The notes under the pieces are model-generated. The model saw only the letters and a list, made by a program, of their open reading frames with translations. It was not told the DNA's origin and searched no databases. A stretch of 64,000 nt of DNA from Cirrosporium novae-zelandiae (taxonomy: Eukaryota). Each line of letters opens with the position of its first letter. Positions within the stretch are counted from its first letter, which is position 1. The DNA is taken from positions 372,001-436,000 of the forward strand of contig JAPETS010000022.1 in NCBI GenBank assembly GCA_026023565.1. The letters are read 5' to 3'. The position numbers were made by a program, and so were the translations under genes. Of the stretch, positions 11,432 to 24,978 are shown one piece after another.

Positions 11432-12603
11432 TTAAAGCTTACTACTAGTCATCGACTTCTCAAACACAACTTTATTCGTACAACTTCCAATCCCTTCGAG
11501 GGATACTTCAACGATGTCGTTATTTTTTAACCAGAGGGGGGGCGTGCGGGACATTGCTACGCCTTGGGGCCTGTACGTATATAAAGTACACACAAATTAA
11601 CAAATACCCTCACCATGTGTAAAAAATAAAAAACTTGACCAAGGGGTGAGTTAGGTTAGGTTAGGAAAGGCAAAACTCACGTCCCGGTAAAAATGACATC
11701 CCCAGCCAACAGGGTGGTCCCCCTGGACAAAAACGCAATCGTCTCCTTGACGCCGAAAATCATATCCGCGGTGCTACTCTCCTGCACAACCCTCCCGTTC
11801 AATTTGGTAGAAATTTTTAGTGCTTGCGGATCTTTTATGATATTTGAAGATACGATTCCGGGACCCATGGGAGCCCATCCGTCAAAGCCTTTTCCTAGAC
11901 TCCATTGGCCACCTCCGCGCTTGAGTTGCCATTCGCGGTGGCTGACGTCGTCTCCGACGGAGTATCCGAGCACATGTTCCAAAGCGGAGGAGGCGGGGAT
12001 GTCGCGTCCGGACTTTCCGATTATGATTACTAGTTCGCATTCGTAGTCGAGCCCCAAGACTTCTTGCGCCATTGAGGGGATGGGGATGACGTCGTGGGGT
12101 CCCGCGATGGCGGTTTTCGGCTTGTGGAATACGACCGGGTAGGTTGGGAGGGGCATTTTGGATTCGTGGGCGTGCGCGGCGTAGTTGAGACCGAGGCAGC
12201 GGACGGTTTGGATTTTGGTGGGGGGGAGGGGGGAGAGGAGGCGGGTGATTGACTAGATAGAAGGGGGGGGTTAGTGGGTTTGAGGGAGGTTGGTTGGGGG
12301 TGGGGGGAGGAGTGGATGGGAGGCAACATACGGCGACTTGGTTTGTTACGGTATGGGTGCCAAAAATGTCGCCTTGGATTATATTGGCTTTGGTTGCTTT
12401 GGCGATGTCGGTCATGCCTGCGGGGAGAATCGCATCGCCGTAGTAGGTTTTGCCATCTTGGGCGAGGAAACGTACGAGGCGCTAGAAGGGGGGGGAGGGG
12501 GGGGATAAGTTAGTATGTAGGTTTGGTTTGGTAGGATGGACTGTTTTATATTGTTGATAGCAGGGTGGAGGTAGAGGTAGAGGCTTACTGAGAATGTTGA
12601 CAT
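11432..12603 (-). CDS. Fumarylacetoacetate hydrolase (FAH) family protein, 4 exons
   Basis: MSTFS/RLVRFLAQDGKTYYGDAILP; CLGLNYAAHA; LDYECEL; DDVSHREWQ; WSLGKGFDGWAPMGP; GDVIFTGT/PQGVA..IGSCTNKV. Confidence 0.92.
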
Positions 12604-13062
12604 ATTTGGTTATGTACTGTACTGTAGTCAATGGGATTCTTTTTTTGGGTGAGGAGAGGGGGAGGGTTGTTATTTGGAGGAGTGGAGAAGATTGGTAAAA
12701 GGAAAAATAAAATGAACGCTGAAGAAGATTGTTCAATTGATGATGATGATGGATGTTGTTTCGATGATAGCTAATTACCACTTTATTATCCTCTTCCCCG
12801 CCCGGCTTGTCCGCTTCGGGAGCTATTATGTCGGGTTCGGGTTCGGATCCTCGGTCCACGGGATGATTATACCCGCCAGCATCGAAATTAATTAAGGTTG
12901 TCTGCGGAACGAACCGAACACCAGGATTGCATTTTGTCGTCATCTTAGACTCTTTTTTTTACAAAAATACAACCAACTCGGTCATCATCCATAATCAAAC
13001 CCGTCTCTATTTTCCTTTGTCTACAAACTGTGTGTTATTGAAAGTGTTTCCAACGAGGAGAG

Positions 13063-13602
13063 ATGCGGTCGGGTTTACAGAGAGATGTGATTTCGCTATT
13101 TCGTCGTGGCATTCGTCTCACGAGAACGAAGCCAGCTGTAAGTTTTTCTTTTTTGTAATCGGCTTCTGGTAGTTGAGGCTCATTGATCTTGACTCGGTGG
13201 ATTAGGAGTCGAGGGTTCATTTTCGGAGATATATCAGGTATGGATTGATGATGATTATTCATTTTATTGTCGGCATTTCGCCTTCGGGCTATGGCGGACA
13301 CTGGCACGGATTCATATCCAAGCAAAGTACACTCTTTATCTGGGATTTGGGTTATTTGCGGCCAATTTTCTCGGTGGCAATGTCTCCCTGATTGTTGATC
13401 GTTTGTACTAGTCAATGCTATATATAATATTTATTTTGCATAGCCGACACGAATAAGCTGACTGCCAATTTGCAGAGATGAATTCCGGAAGAACATGAGA
13501 GTGGATCGCAAGAATTTTGCAGCCATTGAGTATCTACTCCGCAAAGGCGAGAGGCAGCTAGAGATGTACTCGTCGCCTGATATTCGAGACATTCATTTCT
13601 GA
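13063..13602 (+). CDS. SDH6: Succinate dehydrogenase assembly factor 1 (LYR-motif protein), 77 aa, 3 exons; not in ORF track
   Basis: Exons 13063-13137, 13206-13237 and 13476-13602 (234 nt) give MRSGLQRDVISLFRRGIRLTRTKPA-ESRVHFRRYIR-DEFRKNMRVDRKNFAAIEYLLRKGERQLEMYSSPDIRDIHF*, the typical SDHAF1 SGLQ..L(Y/F)R and IEYLLRKG motifs. Confidence 0.9.
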
Positions 13603-14563
13603 TCAGCTGTTATTGACATGCACTCTTCACTACACCAGGGACAGCATGTTGTTGGGGGAGGGGCAGTGAGGCAGACTCACAAAGAGAAAAGACAACGGCG
13701 GGGCCTCCGTGACCAAACAGAATTGAAATTGACACGATGGCCGGATACCCCGGGATTGAGCAATTCAATCAACGAGGAAGATTGAAGAATGGAAAAGGAG
13801 AGAATGTCTTAGGTATGCAACTCCCGCACATTAGAGGTGATTTATTGCAGAAGGGAAAGATCCATATCCATGATGTATGTGCATCGACTTACGAATACTG
13901 GCGGAGAGTGTGGAGCTTCGAAGCCTTGATGGCTCAAGGATGGTGAATACTCCAGAGGACTCTAGCACACCATGCTGGGGCAGTGGAGTACTGTGTTGGA
14001 AAATACTCTCAATGTTGAAAAGTACCATGTACTTTTTATAGACTATCAACGCATCCAAATAATATCCACAAATCATACTGCATCCTCCGAGTTGGAAACA
14101 GAAGTTCATGGAAGACGGTATACGCATCTACTTTTACTGATTGGGTACTTTGTATTATACTGTACAACACTTATGAAAACCCTCCAGCAACTAAACAGCA
14201 CAAGTATCTAAAAGTAGGTGGATGTTGGTGATACAATCTCCACTCTTTTGGGCCTTACTAAGCAAATAACCAAGTACTTACATCATCGAAGTAGAGTAAA
14301 CTCATAGTTTTAGTGGTTGGAAACGGTTCCACCAACAAGTTGAGCCATCATTCGATGACCAAAATTCGAGAAATTTGTAGAATCCTCAAATTAAGCTAGC
14401 CAATCACTAGCTCTCTCTGATGAATTAAAGAAAATAAATAACGTGAGTTCGTGCTTCGGGGTTGGTTAGTGGCGGTTACCCCAGAAATGACCTTACCCAA
14501 ATTGGGAATAGTCGGGCTGTTGTTTTTAAACTATGCATCACGTGCCACCCCGTCTTATTGAAT

Positions 14564-14750
14564 GAATCTTCTAGTTTATCCTGGAATTATCTAGAGTCCC
14601 CTCGTCAACCATCGTCCCTCATCTCCTGTATCCAACGACCTCGTAACTTCCAGAATTCTCTGTAGTTTATTGGATCTTCATTTCGTTGTCATCAATAAAA
14701 GTAAAGAATACTCTAGATATTTCTAAGACCTATCTCATAATGTTATATAA
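14564..14750 (+). promoter_or_regulatory. Heat-shock elements (degenerate nGAAn arrays), STRE-like CCCCT and TATA box of the Hsp20 gene
   Basis: GAAtcTTC (14564), TCCtgGAAttATCtaGAG, GTAacTTCcaGAAttCTC (~14643-14660), GAAtaCTCtaGATatTTC (~14706-14723) and TATATAA at 14744-14750, all upstream of a small HSP. Confidence 0.7.
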
Positions 14751-15018
14751 GGCTTCTCGAGGCCGTTGCTATTGCCTTTTTTTTTTCTTCATCATCAGAA
14801 AACAATAACAGCAAGAATAAGATTAAGCAATCTATCACTCCTACTATAACTACAATTTCTTGATGCAAGTGGCTTGCAAACAAAGCACAGCTGCAACCAG
14901 ACTACCACAACAACTTCTCAAGTTCACACTCAAACCAACCGCAATAACAACAATTGTTCATCATCCTCACAACCAAATCAGAAACTTATCAACCAAAAAC
15001 CGCCCATTCAACAACACA

Positions 15019-15594
15019 ATGTCTCTGTTCCCAGCATTCCCCTCTTCAGAATTCGGAACACTCTTCCGTCTCCTTGACGACTACGACGCCCACCGCTCAG
15101 AGCGTACCCGCGCCCCAATCCGCGCCTTCCAACCAAAATTCGACCTCAAAGAAACCAACGACAAATATGAACTCCATGGTGAACTTCCAGGTCTCGAACA
15201 GAAGGACGTCAACATTGAGTTTACAGACCCGCAAACTCTTGTCGTTTCGGGGCATACGGAGCGCGAGTATACCAGCGGGACTCCTCCAGCTGGTGTCCTA
15301 GAAGCCGGAAAGCAACCCGCCAAGATCGAGGGCAGCAAGAAGGCAACTGTGGAGGATGAGGTGAGCCCTAACGCGGGCAACAAGGAGGTCCAGACTAAGA
15401 AAAAGCAACCGCAGGAGCAGGAGGAATCCAAGTATTGGATTAGCGAGCGCTCCATCGGCGAGTTCTATCGGACCTTTCAGTTCCCGAGCAATGTCGATCA
15501 TGAGAAAGTCAAGGCGAGCTTGAAGAATGGGATTTTGAGTGTTGTGGTTCCCAAGGCCGCTGCTCCCACCGCCAGGAAGATTACTATCGAGTAG
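15019..15594 (+). CDS. hsp30: Small heat-shock protein (Hsp20/alpha-crystallin domain, fungal Hsp30 type)
   Basis: MSLFP..LFRLLDDYD; FQPKFDLKETNDKYELHGELPG; YWISERSIGEFYRTFQFP..VKASLKNGILSVVVPK..KITIE (IxI motif). Intronless. Confidence 0.95.
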   Translation: MSLFPAFPSSEFGTLFRLLDDYDAHRSERTRAPIRAFQPKFDLKETNDKYELHGELPGLEQKDVNIEFTDPQTLVVSGHTEREYTSGTPPAGVLEAGKQPAKIEGSKKATVEDEVSPNAGNKEVQTKKKQPQEQEESKYWISERSIGEFYRTFQFPSNVDHEKVKASLKNGILSVVVPKAAAPTARKITIE

Positions 15595-15899
15595 AGTGAA
15601 GTAGAGGAAATGGAGGTCTGGTTTGTGCGGCTAAACTAGACTAGGCGGAGTGGGGTTGGATGTACTGCACATGCAGAGTGCAGGGGGTGGAGGATCGTTA
15701 CGAAGCAGGGCGCGAAAAGAAGTGACATGAAACCGAAAGGAAGGAGAAAAGTCTATTTATTCCCTTTTTACTCTTACTCTCTCATTGTTCTCATTCTCAC
15801 GAATATGATCGGCGAAAAAAAAAGTCTTTCTTTAAATCAGGGTGTGTATGGATGAAGGGAAGGGGCTATGAGGGCGACGACGACGATGAGGATAACATG

Positions 15900-18800
15900 A
15901 TAATGGCATGTGGCGGTGGTGCTTTCGGTACTTCTTGTTATAATCTAAACTCGTTCTTTTGATGTATCTAATACAAGAATTGGAAAAAAAGGGTTTTTTT
16001 CATCTTTCTATCCTGATGATCTCGGGTATTTACTTGGTATAAATCGTAGCTACAGTAGTAGAAATGTCAGTTCGTAACGTAACGTAATATAAGACGTAAG
16101 CAAAAAGGTGCTTGGTGTTGGTTGGCTACTTAGTTGTAATTTTTCCAGTTTCCAGTTTCGTTTAAATCTTTTTTTAAACAAAACAATATTAGGTCTGGTT
16201 GGTTGGATTCGGGAGGTTTAGGGTTGGTTAGGTAGGGTTTATGTTATATTCTATGTGTGTGTGTGTGTGTGTGTGTGGAAGGGAGGAGAAGTGGAGGGAT
16301 GGGGATGGAGTAGTTATCTAAGGGGTTAAGGTAGGTATAGTAATATCAATACCAATACTAATATCAATACCGTATGTAGTAGTAGTAGAACCGAACTATA
16401 TAATTATTGTACAAGCTGCAAGCGATGATGATGATGATGATGATAGCTATGCTATGCTATGCCTATGGTACGTGGTGCATGGTACATGGTGCATAGGATG
16501 GATGGGGGATATGGGATGGGGGATACACAATACACAATAAACGCAAAAGAGTCAGTTAGTCTAAGTGGTATGGATTTATGGATTTATGAATGCATGCATA
16601 TAACCCTAAAGTCAATCAATCAATCAATCAGTCAGGCCACGCACTCGAGTACAATAATTTTTATTTTTTAATGTACCCCACACTGTCTGTATCCCCCCAA
16701 CCTTTGATCCGATTCCATATTCCCTCCCTTACTCCTTCACCCCTTGCACCTTCGATCTTCACACATCAATTAATTAATTAATTGGTTATTACTAATACTT
16801 TAGACCCTTAGGCTTATATTTATATATCTAGATCTGGGGGGCTTTATATTTTATGTTTTTATAAAGGATTTTTATGGGAATTTTATAAGAGCTAGATAGT
16901 GAGGGAGGGGGGATTTATTGTGGTTGGGATGGGGTGGGATAGGATAGGATGGTATTGTATTGTTATATTTAATATGTATGCATTGTGTTTGGTTTGTATG
17001 GTGTATGGGGAAGGGTGGGTATAAGTGTGAGGATAAGTGTGAGGATTAGTATCAGCCTTAGTTATATATATATATATACAGTACATTCTTCGATTGATTG
17101 ATTACACAAGTAATTAATTATTCAAAATATCAAAACATCAAAATATCCCTTGACTAACTTGACTAAAAAAAATTGACTGAGTAGCCGAATGAATAATAAA
17201 AAATAAATGAAAACAAAATATGAATTTTTTTTTTTTTTAATTGGTTGATTATTAATAGGGGGTAAAGTAAGATAAGTAATTGTTCAGTTAATGATCAAGG
17301 TTGAGAATGAGGATGAGGATGGGGATAAGAGGGGTTCTTAATAGCGAAGAGCTAAGTGCTAACTAAGAGCTTTTTGTTTTGCCTTTCTATGTGAAAAAAA
17401 TATGTGTGTGTGTGTGTGTGTATAGTTATATATACCTAGGTAATTAGTTACTTATCATCTCTAATTATTCCCAATCCAAATCTGAATGCTAATCTGAATC
17501 ATACTATACTGTACTTATATAGCAACAGCAGCTAGCAGGTACTGTAAAAATCTAATCATGTCATATCATATCAAATCTGAAGAAGAAACATCACCCCCCC
17601 CACCACTCAACCAGATAAATACTCCCCCGACCCCTTTGCTTTCTGCTTTCCTTCTGTCCTGTATCAATCACTACCATGGAATTAAACTAAACTACTCTTA
17701 GCAAAAAAAAAAAAAAAAAAGTTACTTATTTACTTGCTTATAATTTTTTTTCTTCATTTTCGCATTTATTCAGAGCAGAGCAGGTAAGATTTCTCCCAAG
17801 GTGATTTTTTTATATATTTTTTTATTTTTTTATCCCTATTTCTATTTCCATCTCTCTCTACCATCCAAAGTATTTCTGCAATCAGGTTCATCATTAGACT
17901 CGCGCAGGTCGATTCAATTCAGCATCATATCACACCATATGGTCCATTCTACCCCCCTCCCCCCACCTTTCCTTCTCCTTCCCAAGTTTAAAATTTAAGA
18001 ATTTAAGATTAACATCTAGAATACTATCCAGAATATCTAGAACAGGATTTCTTTTTGAATCGAGTAGAGTTGGAATAACTCGATGGCTTTCGCTCAAATA
18101 GATAAATAGATAGATAAAAGTTCGAGAGCCGATACGTTGAATCCTAGGTCTTGGATACGTACAGAGGGTATTCTTCTTTCCGATTTATTTCACTTTCCCC
18201 CCTTTTCTCCCACTCTTTCTCCTTATATCTATCTACACCAACTATCCCTGAATACCACAAGCCCGCAAAAATGTCAAATTCCCCAACGACCCTATATCCC
18301 AACATCCCAGTCTAGTGGACCCATCCCTAAGAGAGTGGAAGCGAGCAAAAGCAAAAGCAAAAAAAAAAGAGTTTGTTAATTAGTTATGGCGTGCTAGGGG
18401 GAGAGGGTGAGGGTGGGTTTCAGGAAAGGGGAGAAGAACGATTTCTTTCGAATAGATTAACCTGACCTGACCTGACCTGGCCTGGCTAGCGATGCAAAGA
18501 AAATAAAAGTCAGGTATTTACTGTACTACTATTGCTGTGAGAATAGTTGAGGGAGATGGTTGTTCTATTTTTTTTTTTTTTATAGCAAGTAGTATCGAGA
18601 TAGAAAGCTTTAGAGTGAGTGAATGAAAGCTATTTCCTATCTATCTATTCACAAAAGCCTCAAGTAAGATTTTGTTCTCCTCCTCCTCCTCCTCCACTTA
18701 CCTACTACTGCTACTGTCTACTGACTATATATAAATTCTGGAGGTTTAAATTGAGAGGTTGGATTAAAGTAGGGAGTCTTAAACATGTTGAAGTGATGAT

Positions 18801-18932
18801 TTACCTTACCTAACTTAACTTAAAATCCTAACTGGTTGAGTGAGTAAGTAAGTGAGTGTATGATGGCTCAGCCTCTACCTGGACTTATCAGTGGTAGATA
18901 GGTAGGGCAAAGCAGGTGGGATATGTGAGATA

Positions 18933-18970
<38 letters not shown>

Positions 18971-20300
18971 TGTATGCTTACAGTAGTTCTCACTCAATAC
19001 GGTATCTATCATATTCTCAACAATAATAATATCAGTCTTGGTATAATACGATACTATGTGTAAATAAGTAAAGAGATAAGGTGGATTACTACCAAAAGTA
19101 ACAAAATAAATAAATAGGAATATATATCATTATATATTAATTGAAATATTTAATAGTCCATTGCTTACTATATATATATCTAGGCTTCCATCCATTCAAC
19201 CACATTCAAAAATGCCCTCAAACTAGATGGGGTAGGGGTGGGGGGGGGCATTTGCATTTTGCTACCCCTCAGTGTTGTCGATGAACCAGACCGACCAGAC
19301 CGACCCCCTTGGTCTAGTCGGTCTAAGGTCTATAGACCGTCTATGGTAGACCGTCTATTTAGTCTGATCCATCGACAACACTGTCCCCCTTTCCCCCCTT
19401 CCATTACACAATACCCCTCTACACCACCCCTCTCCCTTATCACCCATCCATTCATATCCATCCCCATCCCCATCTCTCTTCCCCCCCCATCTCCTCTCCC
19501 AGGGAAGTTTTTATAGTATCCCCATATATACACGCATACGAACTAACCAGCATACCAGAATTGTAAATAAGTTAAATAAGACAGGATCATAGACCCGGTA
19601 AATGGTAAATATGCGACAAGAAAGAATAAGAACAAGAACAAGACCACTAGCTAGGGAAGGATATGGGTTTAGTGGCTCTGTGGGTAATACCATTACATAG
19701 ATAATTGGTAAGACATGTCTCTGTCTCTGTACTGTGAGGTGTGTGGATGAGGGAAGAAAATTCGTTCTGGGTGGTGATTAGATTAGGAGGTATAGATACA
19801 AGGTTCGGAGGAAATGGATATGGGGCGGAATGCAGGAAAGAAAGAAAAAAAGGGGAAAGGAGGGTAGGAAGGGAAGGGTTTTAGGTTTGGGGAATTGAAA
19901 TAGAATCTTTAAGATGTGAAGCAGGGGCTGGGCTGGCCTGGCTATTGTACCAGACAGACACCCAGGCTACATACAGTACGTTAATCGTATTGGATTTATC
20001 ATCATCACATATTGACATGGACTAATCCATGAATGGCTAACCGGGAAAGAAAAAGAAAATTCATATTATGCTTATTATACATAATCCATTATTCCTCCCT
20101 TGTGTCATAATCATCATCCCAGGGGGAGGTAACAAATAAAGTTGATCGTCGTGGTGCGTTCATTCCATCCATCCATCAATTTCGTATATGTTTTTGTAGA
20201 TAGTCGTTATATCCTGCCTTTGTTTTGCCTTGAACCAAGAGAATGGGGAAAACTAGTAAAAGAAATTTTTGAGATGATTGGGAATGCCTTTTCCCCTAGA
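15900..20300. repeat. Gene-free AT-rich, low-complexity spacer with (GT)n, (TA)n, (GAT)n and homopolymer tracts
   Basis: (TG)n at ~16254-16277, ~17403-17421 and ~18936-18967, plus poly-A/T/C runs. No credible coding frame. Confidence 0.75.
19270..19383. mobile_element. Complete 114-bp MITE, family A (hAT-like CAGTGTTG termini)
   Basis: TIR CAGTGTTGTCGATG/CATCGACAACACTG (14 bp perfect, extends imperfectly). Internal (C/T)AGACC/GGTCT(A/G) repeats. Differs from the 59290-59403 copy at 11 of 114 positions. TSD at best imperfect (tacccct/tccccct). Confidence 0.85.
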
Positions 20301-20390
20301 AAGGACTGGGTGGAAAAGATGAACCTTTTCTTCCAAATTGTTTTCGGTTAGGGGTTGGAGTCTTCACATGGGGAAAGATATGGTGTCATC

Positions 20391-22495
20391 TTAAGAAACG
20401 GCTTGTATCATCACGATGGCAATGACCGCAAGCAACACACTCCAACTAGTGTAGCTTGCACCCATACCTAAGATTCCTTTTTCCGCTCCAGACGTGGTGT
20501 TTAGAGCACTGACAACATATTCCGGTTCGAAACTCCCACTAGGGGTCGTACTATTAACACTTCCATCCCAGCAATACCTCTCGAAGCAAGTAGTGCAAAT
20601 ATCAGGAACATTGACGTTATTACGCTCGAGACTTCGGCTAATAATTGCGCAGCCCAGACACGCGGGCCACTCTGAGTCAACAGAGGCGTTTCCGCGGGTT
20701 ACCACGGCGGCACCGTTCTGGATAATGTCCCAGCGGACAGCATCGGTGTATGTGAATGTATAGGTGGAGTAGTTGGAGTGGAAAACATAAGGGGTGTTGG
20801 GGAGATAGACGACCAAGGGGGTCATGGTGGATGTGTTGGAGGAGTTGCAGCCGAAGAAGGTGGGGCGCGTGTTGAGTCCTTTGTTTACAAAGGTGTTTTG
20901 GTCGGGGACTGCGGGGAACGAGGTTCCATTTGAGATGGAAGAGTTGAGAAGACTACGCTCATAGGTTGCAACGAGGGCGGTTCCGTTGGGCCAGTAGGTG
21001 GTCGTGTCGGCAGATGAGTCCACAGCAAGGATGACATCTACGTTCCGGAAGGGTTGGATTAATGGGTGGAGGGGGATGTTTTGGAGATCTTCGCCACCAT
21101 CAACAAGGGTGAGACGTTTGCTGGATGCACTTGGGTTTGAGTCATTGTGATAGTGATAAAAGGGATTAGGGGTATAATCCGCAATGTCATCGTTGTCTTC
21201 TCCTAGGTCACCGAGGATGGCAGAAAATGCAGATTTGAGGACAGATGGAAGGGAGGTGCTGTTGAGGCTTAGAAAGAATTGATTGAAGAGCGACGAGGAT
21301 GTCCCCATAATAAAACCAGCATTGTCAAAACCACGAACGCATTTTCCGTTGGAAGGGACTTGACCAGCACTAAAGTTCGAGCCAAGATATTCAACAGGTG
21401 CAAAGCCATAGACCGAGGGATCAAAGGTTCCGAATTCCCATGGATTAAACTCAAAGACGGTGGTGTTGGAGGAGATGATGAGTTGGTCAGGGGCACGGCC
21501 ATCGGCGACAAGAATAGGCATAGGAACGGATCCGCTGGTGAATTGTGAATCGAGGGCTATAGAAGACCAAGTATAGCCGGGGCCACCTTCGGAAGCGTTG
21601 ATCAGTTGGTATGACAGAGCCCGACCCCTGTACATCGTCAATGGTATTCTGCACCATGGAACCCACAATCAGGGCCTCCGCGTGGCAGAATGGGAAAATA
21701 AGGAAATAAAAAATAAACTTACCAGTAGTCTGTAAGGGAGGTCTCAAAACCGGCGTCTGCCTTGCCACTGACTAGATCGTATAACTGAGTATAATATGAT
21801 GCTTCGGAGATAATCCCGCTGCTAGGGCCTTGGAAAATCGAATTGCTAAATTCCCATACATTTCCTGATGTCTCATCCAGCAAGTCCGTAACACTAGAAA
21901 AGTTGTTGATAGACAATGAACCTACGAGCCAGCCTCCACCACTTAACCCTGAAAGATAGGTGGAAGACTGTAGTAACCCGCCAAGCTGTCCTGTTGATGT
22001 AGAGTTGCTCGTCTGGTTATCAAAAGCCTTGACCGCTCCAGCAGCGTTCATCAATGCCCTCCAACCACCACCGGAAACAGCAATTCCGATATTTGGTAGG
22101 GCAGAAGCATTGTCAGCATGATTGTTGATATATGAGGTGGCATCAAAGCCTGTGATATTCATTCGATTCAAAAGGTTACGCATCGGTTCCACGGTTGCAT
22201 TTCTTCGCAGCTCCAACCATGACGTCTCGTTGGTAGATAGGCCATCGGCACTACGGATAGAAGGGCGATTGCTTGGGCAAGTAACAGCTTTGGGTGTATA
22301 TCCATCAGGCGCATTTGGCAAGCCACGCTGTTGAAGAGAAGCTAAAACACCATCAAGATGGAGGTAAGACGGTATTGCAGCAGCTAGGAGATGGTAAGTG
22401 ATTTATTCATGCAACTAGTTTATCCTTTCTTTATTCTAACCTTCAAAAGCGGCGCAGGATGCCAAGAGGAATGCGCTGAAGGTAAAGAGCCGCAT
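20391..22495 (-). CDS. plb1: Secreted/GPI-anchored lysophospholipase (phospholipase B), 3 exons
   Basis: Signal peptide [30 protein letters not shown] nucleophile motif; [16 protein letters not shown]; hydrophobic GPI-type C-terminus. Confidence 0.93.
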
Positions 22496-23296
22496 AATAT
22501 TGTATTGTATCACTTTCAATCAGATGTGCTTTCTGTAGTAAATAATAAGGTCAACGGGGCACGGAAGTGATATAGGTTAGGTATAAGTAGTTTATCAGAA
22601 GGGAGGGATCTGAGCAATAAAAAGGATACCCAAGGGAGAGCTGAATGCATGGCATCGCCAGGGGAGCCATGATATGATTGATTGTTGGCTGTAAAGCTGA
22701 CGGTTTCTGGACCGCCGATGATCCGTCCGGAGATGACGTGGGTAAGGTTAGCTGAACTCCACCATAAGATGACAGGCCGTTAAGTGGGTTAGACCTCATA
22801 CGATTATGCTAAGAAGTATAAGAAAGTAAGCGGAATTTGAATCTCCGTTCATCATTATTGCTGTGTAGTTCCTCTGATTCTTTGGGTTCCAACATTTAGA
22901 AAGTCGGAAAAGTCGGACCGCTGCTGCAGGCTGCAGGGACTAGCAGGGACGGACCTGGAGACATTCGGGACCTGAAGATTCCGTAGAATAAATTACCGTA
23001 ATTGTTGTACAAAGTAATTACCAAGGATAGATCTACGTCATTTTTAATTTGAAAAACTGTTAAATGAGCCGAGGAGTCGGATTGGCGTTGAAGCCACTGG
23101 GGCCACTGGGGCCACTGGGGGCCAACTGTACACCATTTGGAGATCCCCGTACCTTAGCGTCTGCCAGCCGTCCATCCATTCCACCCCAACCACGCCAACC
23201 TCCCAAGGATTCTTAATTGCTCGCTCATATTATCATTATCATTATCATCATCATCATCAACTCCTCAAAGCATTCCAGAGGAGTATTGGAATAATC

Positions 23297-24290
23297 ATGT
23301 TGCCATCCAATATCATGTTCGATAGTGCTCACTGCCATGAGCTCTCTCATCCCAATATTCCAGTTTTCATCATCTCTTTGTAAGCTACTGGTTTATTAGA
23401 CAGCTCCTGCACTGCCCGCTGACAAGCTCTCTAGGCTCATCCTCATCGGTATACCAGTATCCTACTTCCCCCAACATTATCGGATCATTCATCGTCGCTC
23501 TTCCGAAGGCATATCACCATATTGGCTTCTGCTTGGAGCTACAGGAGGAACATGTATGCTCACATGTATCCTGGTTAGGAGTAAAGAAGACATAGGTTGT
23601 TGTCGAGTGGTTGGTGGATTTGCCTGCTTCTCTGCAATATTGGGTGTATTGCAAGCTTTTGCTCAATGGTTATGTTTTGCAATAACGTAATATCTCAAGT
23701 CTGTGTATTCATCAAGCCTCCAAATCTAATAATCAACTTACAGACTCACCCTCTTCACCATCTACTTCCCACGAGCAACACCTCTACTTCCAGCACCAGA
23801 CTTGCATCATCCAAACAAAGCATCCCCGCCATCCTACAATGTTGCCATAACCGTAACCCTCGTATTCGTGGTTGAATTAGTTTTCACCATATTTTATGGT
23901 TCCGGAATTTGGATTTCTGGTCGACAAGGTCTCCTTGACTCATTCGCCTTTGTCAACGGGATTTTCGCTGCAATACTTTCGCTCTTGCAATACTTTCCTC
24001 AAATATGGACAACTTTTGAGTTGAAACATGTTGGCAGTCTAAGTATCCCGATGATGTGCATACAAATTCCAGGAAGCCTGCTTTGGGCAGCTAGTTATGT
24101 GGTAAGATTAGGTTGGAGTGCATTTGATGCTTGGGGTGTCTTGGCCTTGACTGCTCTTTTCCAGGCTTGCTTGTTAGCTATGGCTGTTATATTTGAACTC
24201 AGGGACAGGCGACAACGGAAGAAGGGGATGGATGGAATGAACGGCATCGAGGATGAAGCTTCAGAGGAGACGCCACTGCTTCATGACTGA
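23297..24290 (+). CDS. PQ-loop repeat membrane protein (probable vacuolar transporter), 3 exons
   Basis: SYFPQHYRIIHRRSSEGISPYWLLLG (PQ repeat 1, hand-translated) and LQYFPQIWTTF..VGSLSIPMMCIQ (PQ repeat 2). C-terminal acidic dileucine SEETPLL. Confidence 0.88.
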
Positions 24291-24578
24291 TAAACCCTAC
24301 TGGAAACACGACCAGATTAGACTTTGTGATTGAACAATATACATTGTAATTAACCTTAGGATAACTTTGGGAGATAGTTCTTATTTTAATATTAATTATC
24401 CCATAATATCATATATTTTTCACCAAGATGATTTTATCTTCAATAAGTTGAGAGAATGCATTAACCGAGACAAATAATCATAGCTGGGGTGGCCCATGAG
24501 CTGAAGAAGCTTAAGATTTAGATTTTAGTGGTTTCTGTTCTCCTCATCCTGTAACTTGACCTTGACTTTGATACAGAA

Positions 24579-24611
<33 letters not shown>

Positions 24612-24675
24612 GTCATTTTTTACTTTTTCTTTACTCACGGGAAAAATCTCATAAAGAGAGCTCTACTTCAAACCA

Positions 24676-24879
24676 TCTCCTGAACTGTTCCCAGAGGGCT
24701 ATCGCTAGTAGGGATGTCATGTCAGGATTACAATGGGTCAGATCACTGTTTCCAGGCAGAAACAGGCATCAACTTCGTTGCTGAATCATACTGAGCCTCA
24801 AGATCCTATCATTGGGCCAATTGACCCTCCAGTTTGACCCCCCCTGCTAGCGATAGTCCTCCGGGGACAGTTCAGGAGA
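24676..24879. mobile_element. MITE family B, copy 1 (204 bp, 38-bp TIR)
   Basis: TCTCCTGAACTGTTCCCAGAGGGCTATCGCTAGTAGGG is the inverted repeat of 24842-24879 with 4 transition mismatches. The ~130-bp core is shared with 45057-45261 and 49686-49927. Confidence 0.85.
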
Positions 24880-24978
24880 AAAGTTCTAGAACCGCATGGA
24901 TACATGATACCAACACAACCTACAATCCCTTACCTTGCATTCCACATTCTATTCTCCAAGGCCAGGGAAGAAAGGCCT

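Noticed and set aside
18010..18095. HSE-like GAA/TTC runs in the AT-rich spacer
   Set aside because: They are degenerate and no gene start lies nearby.
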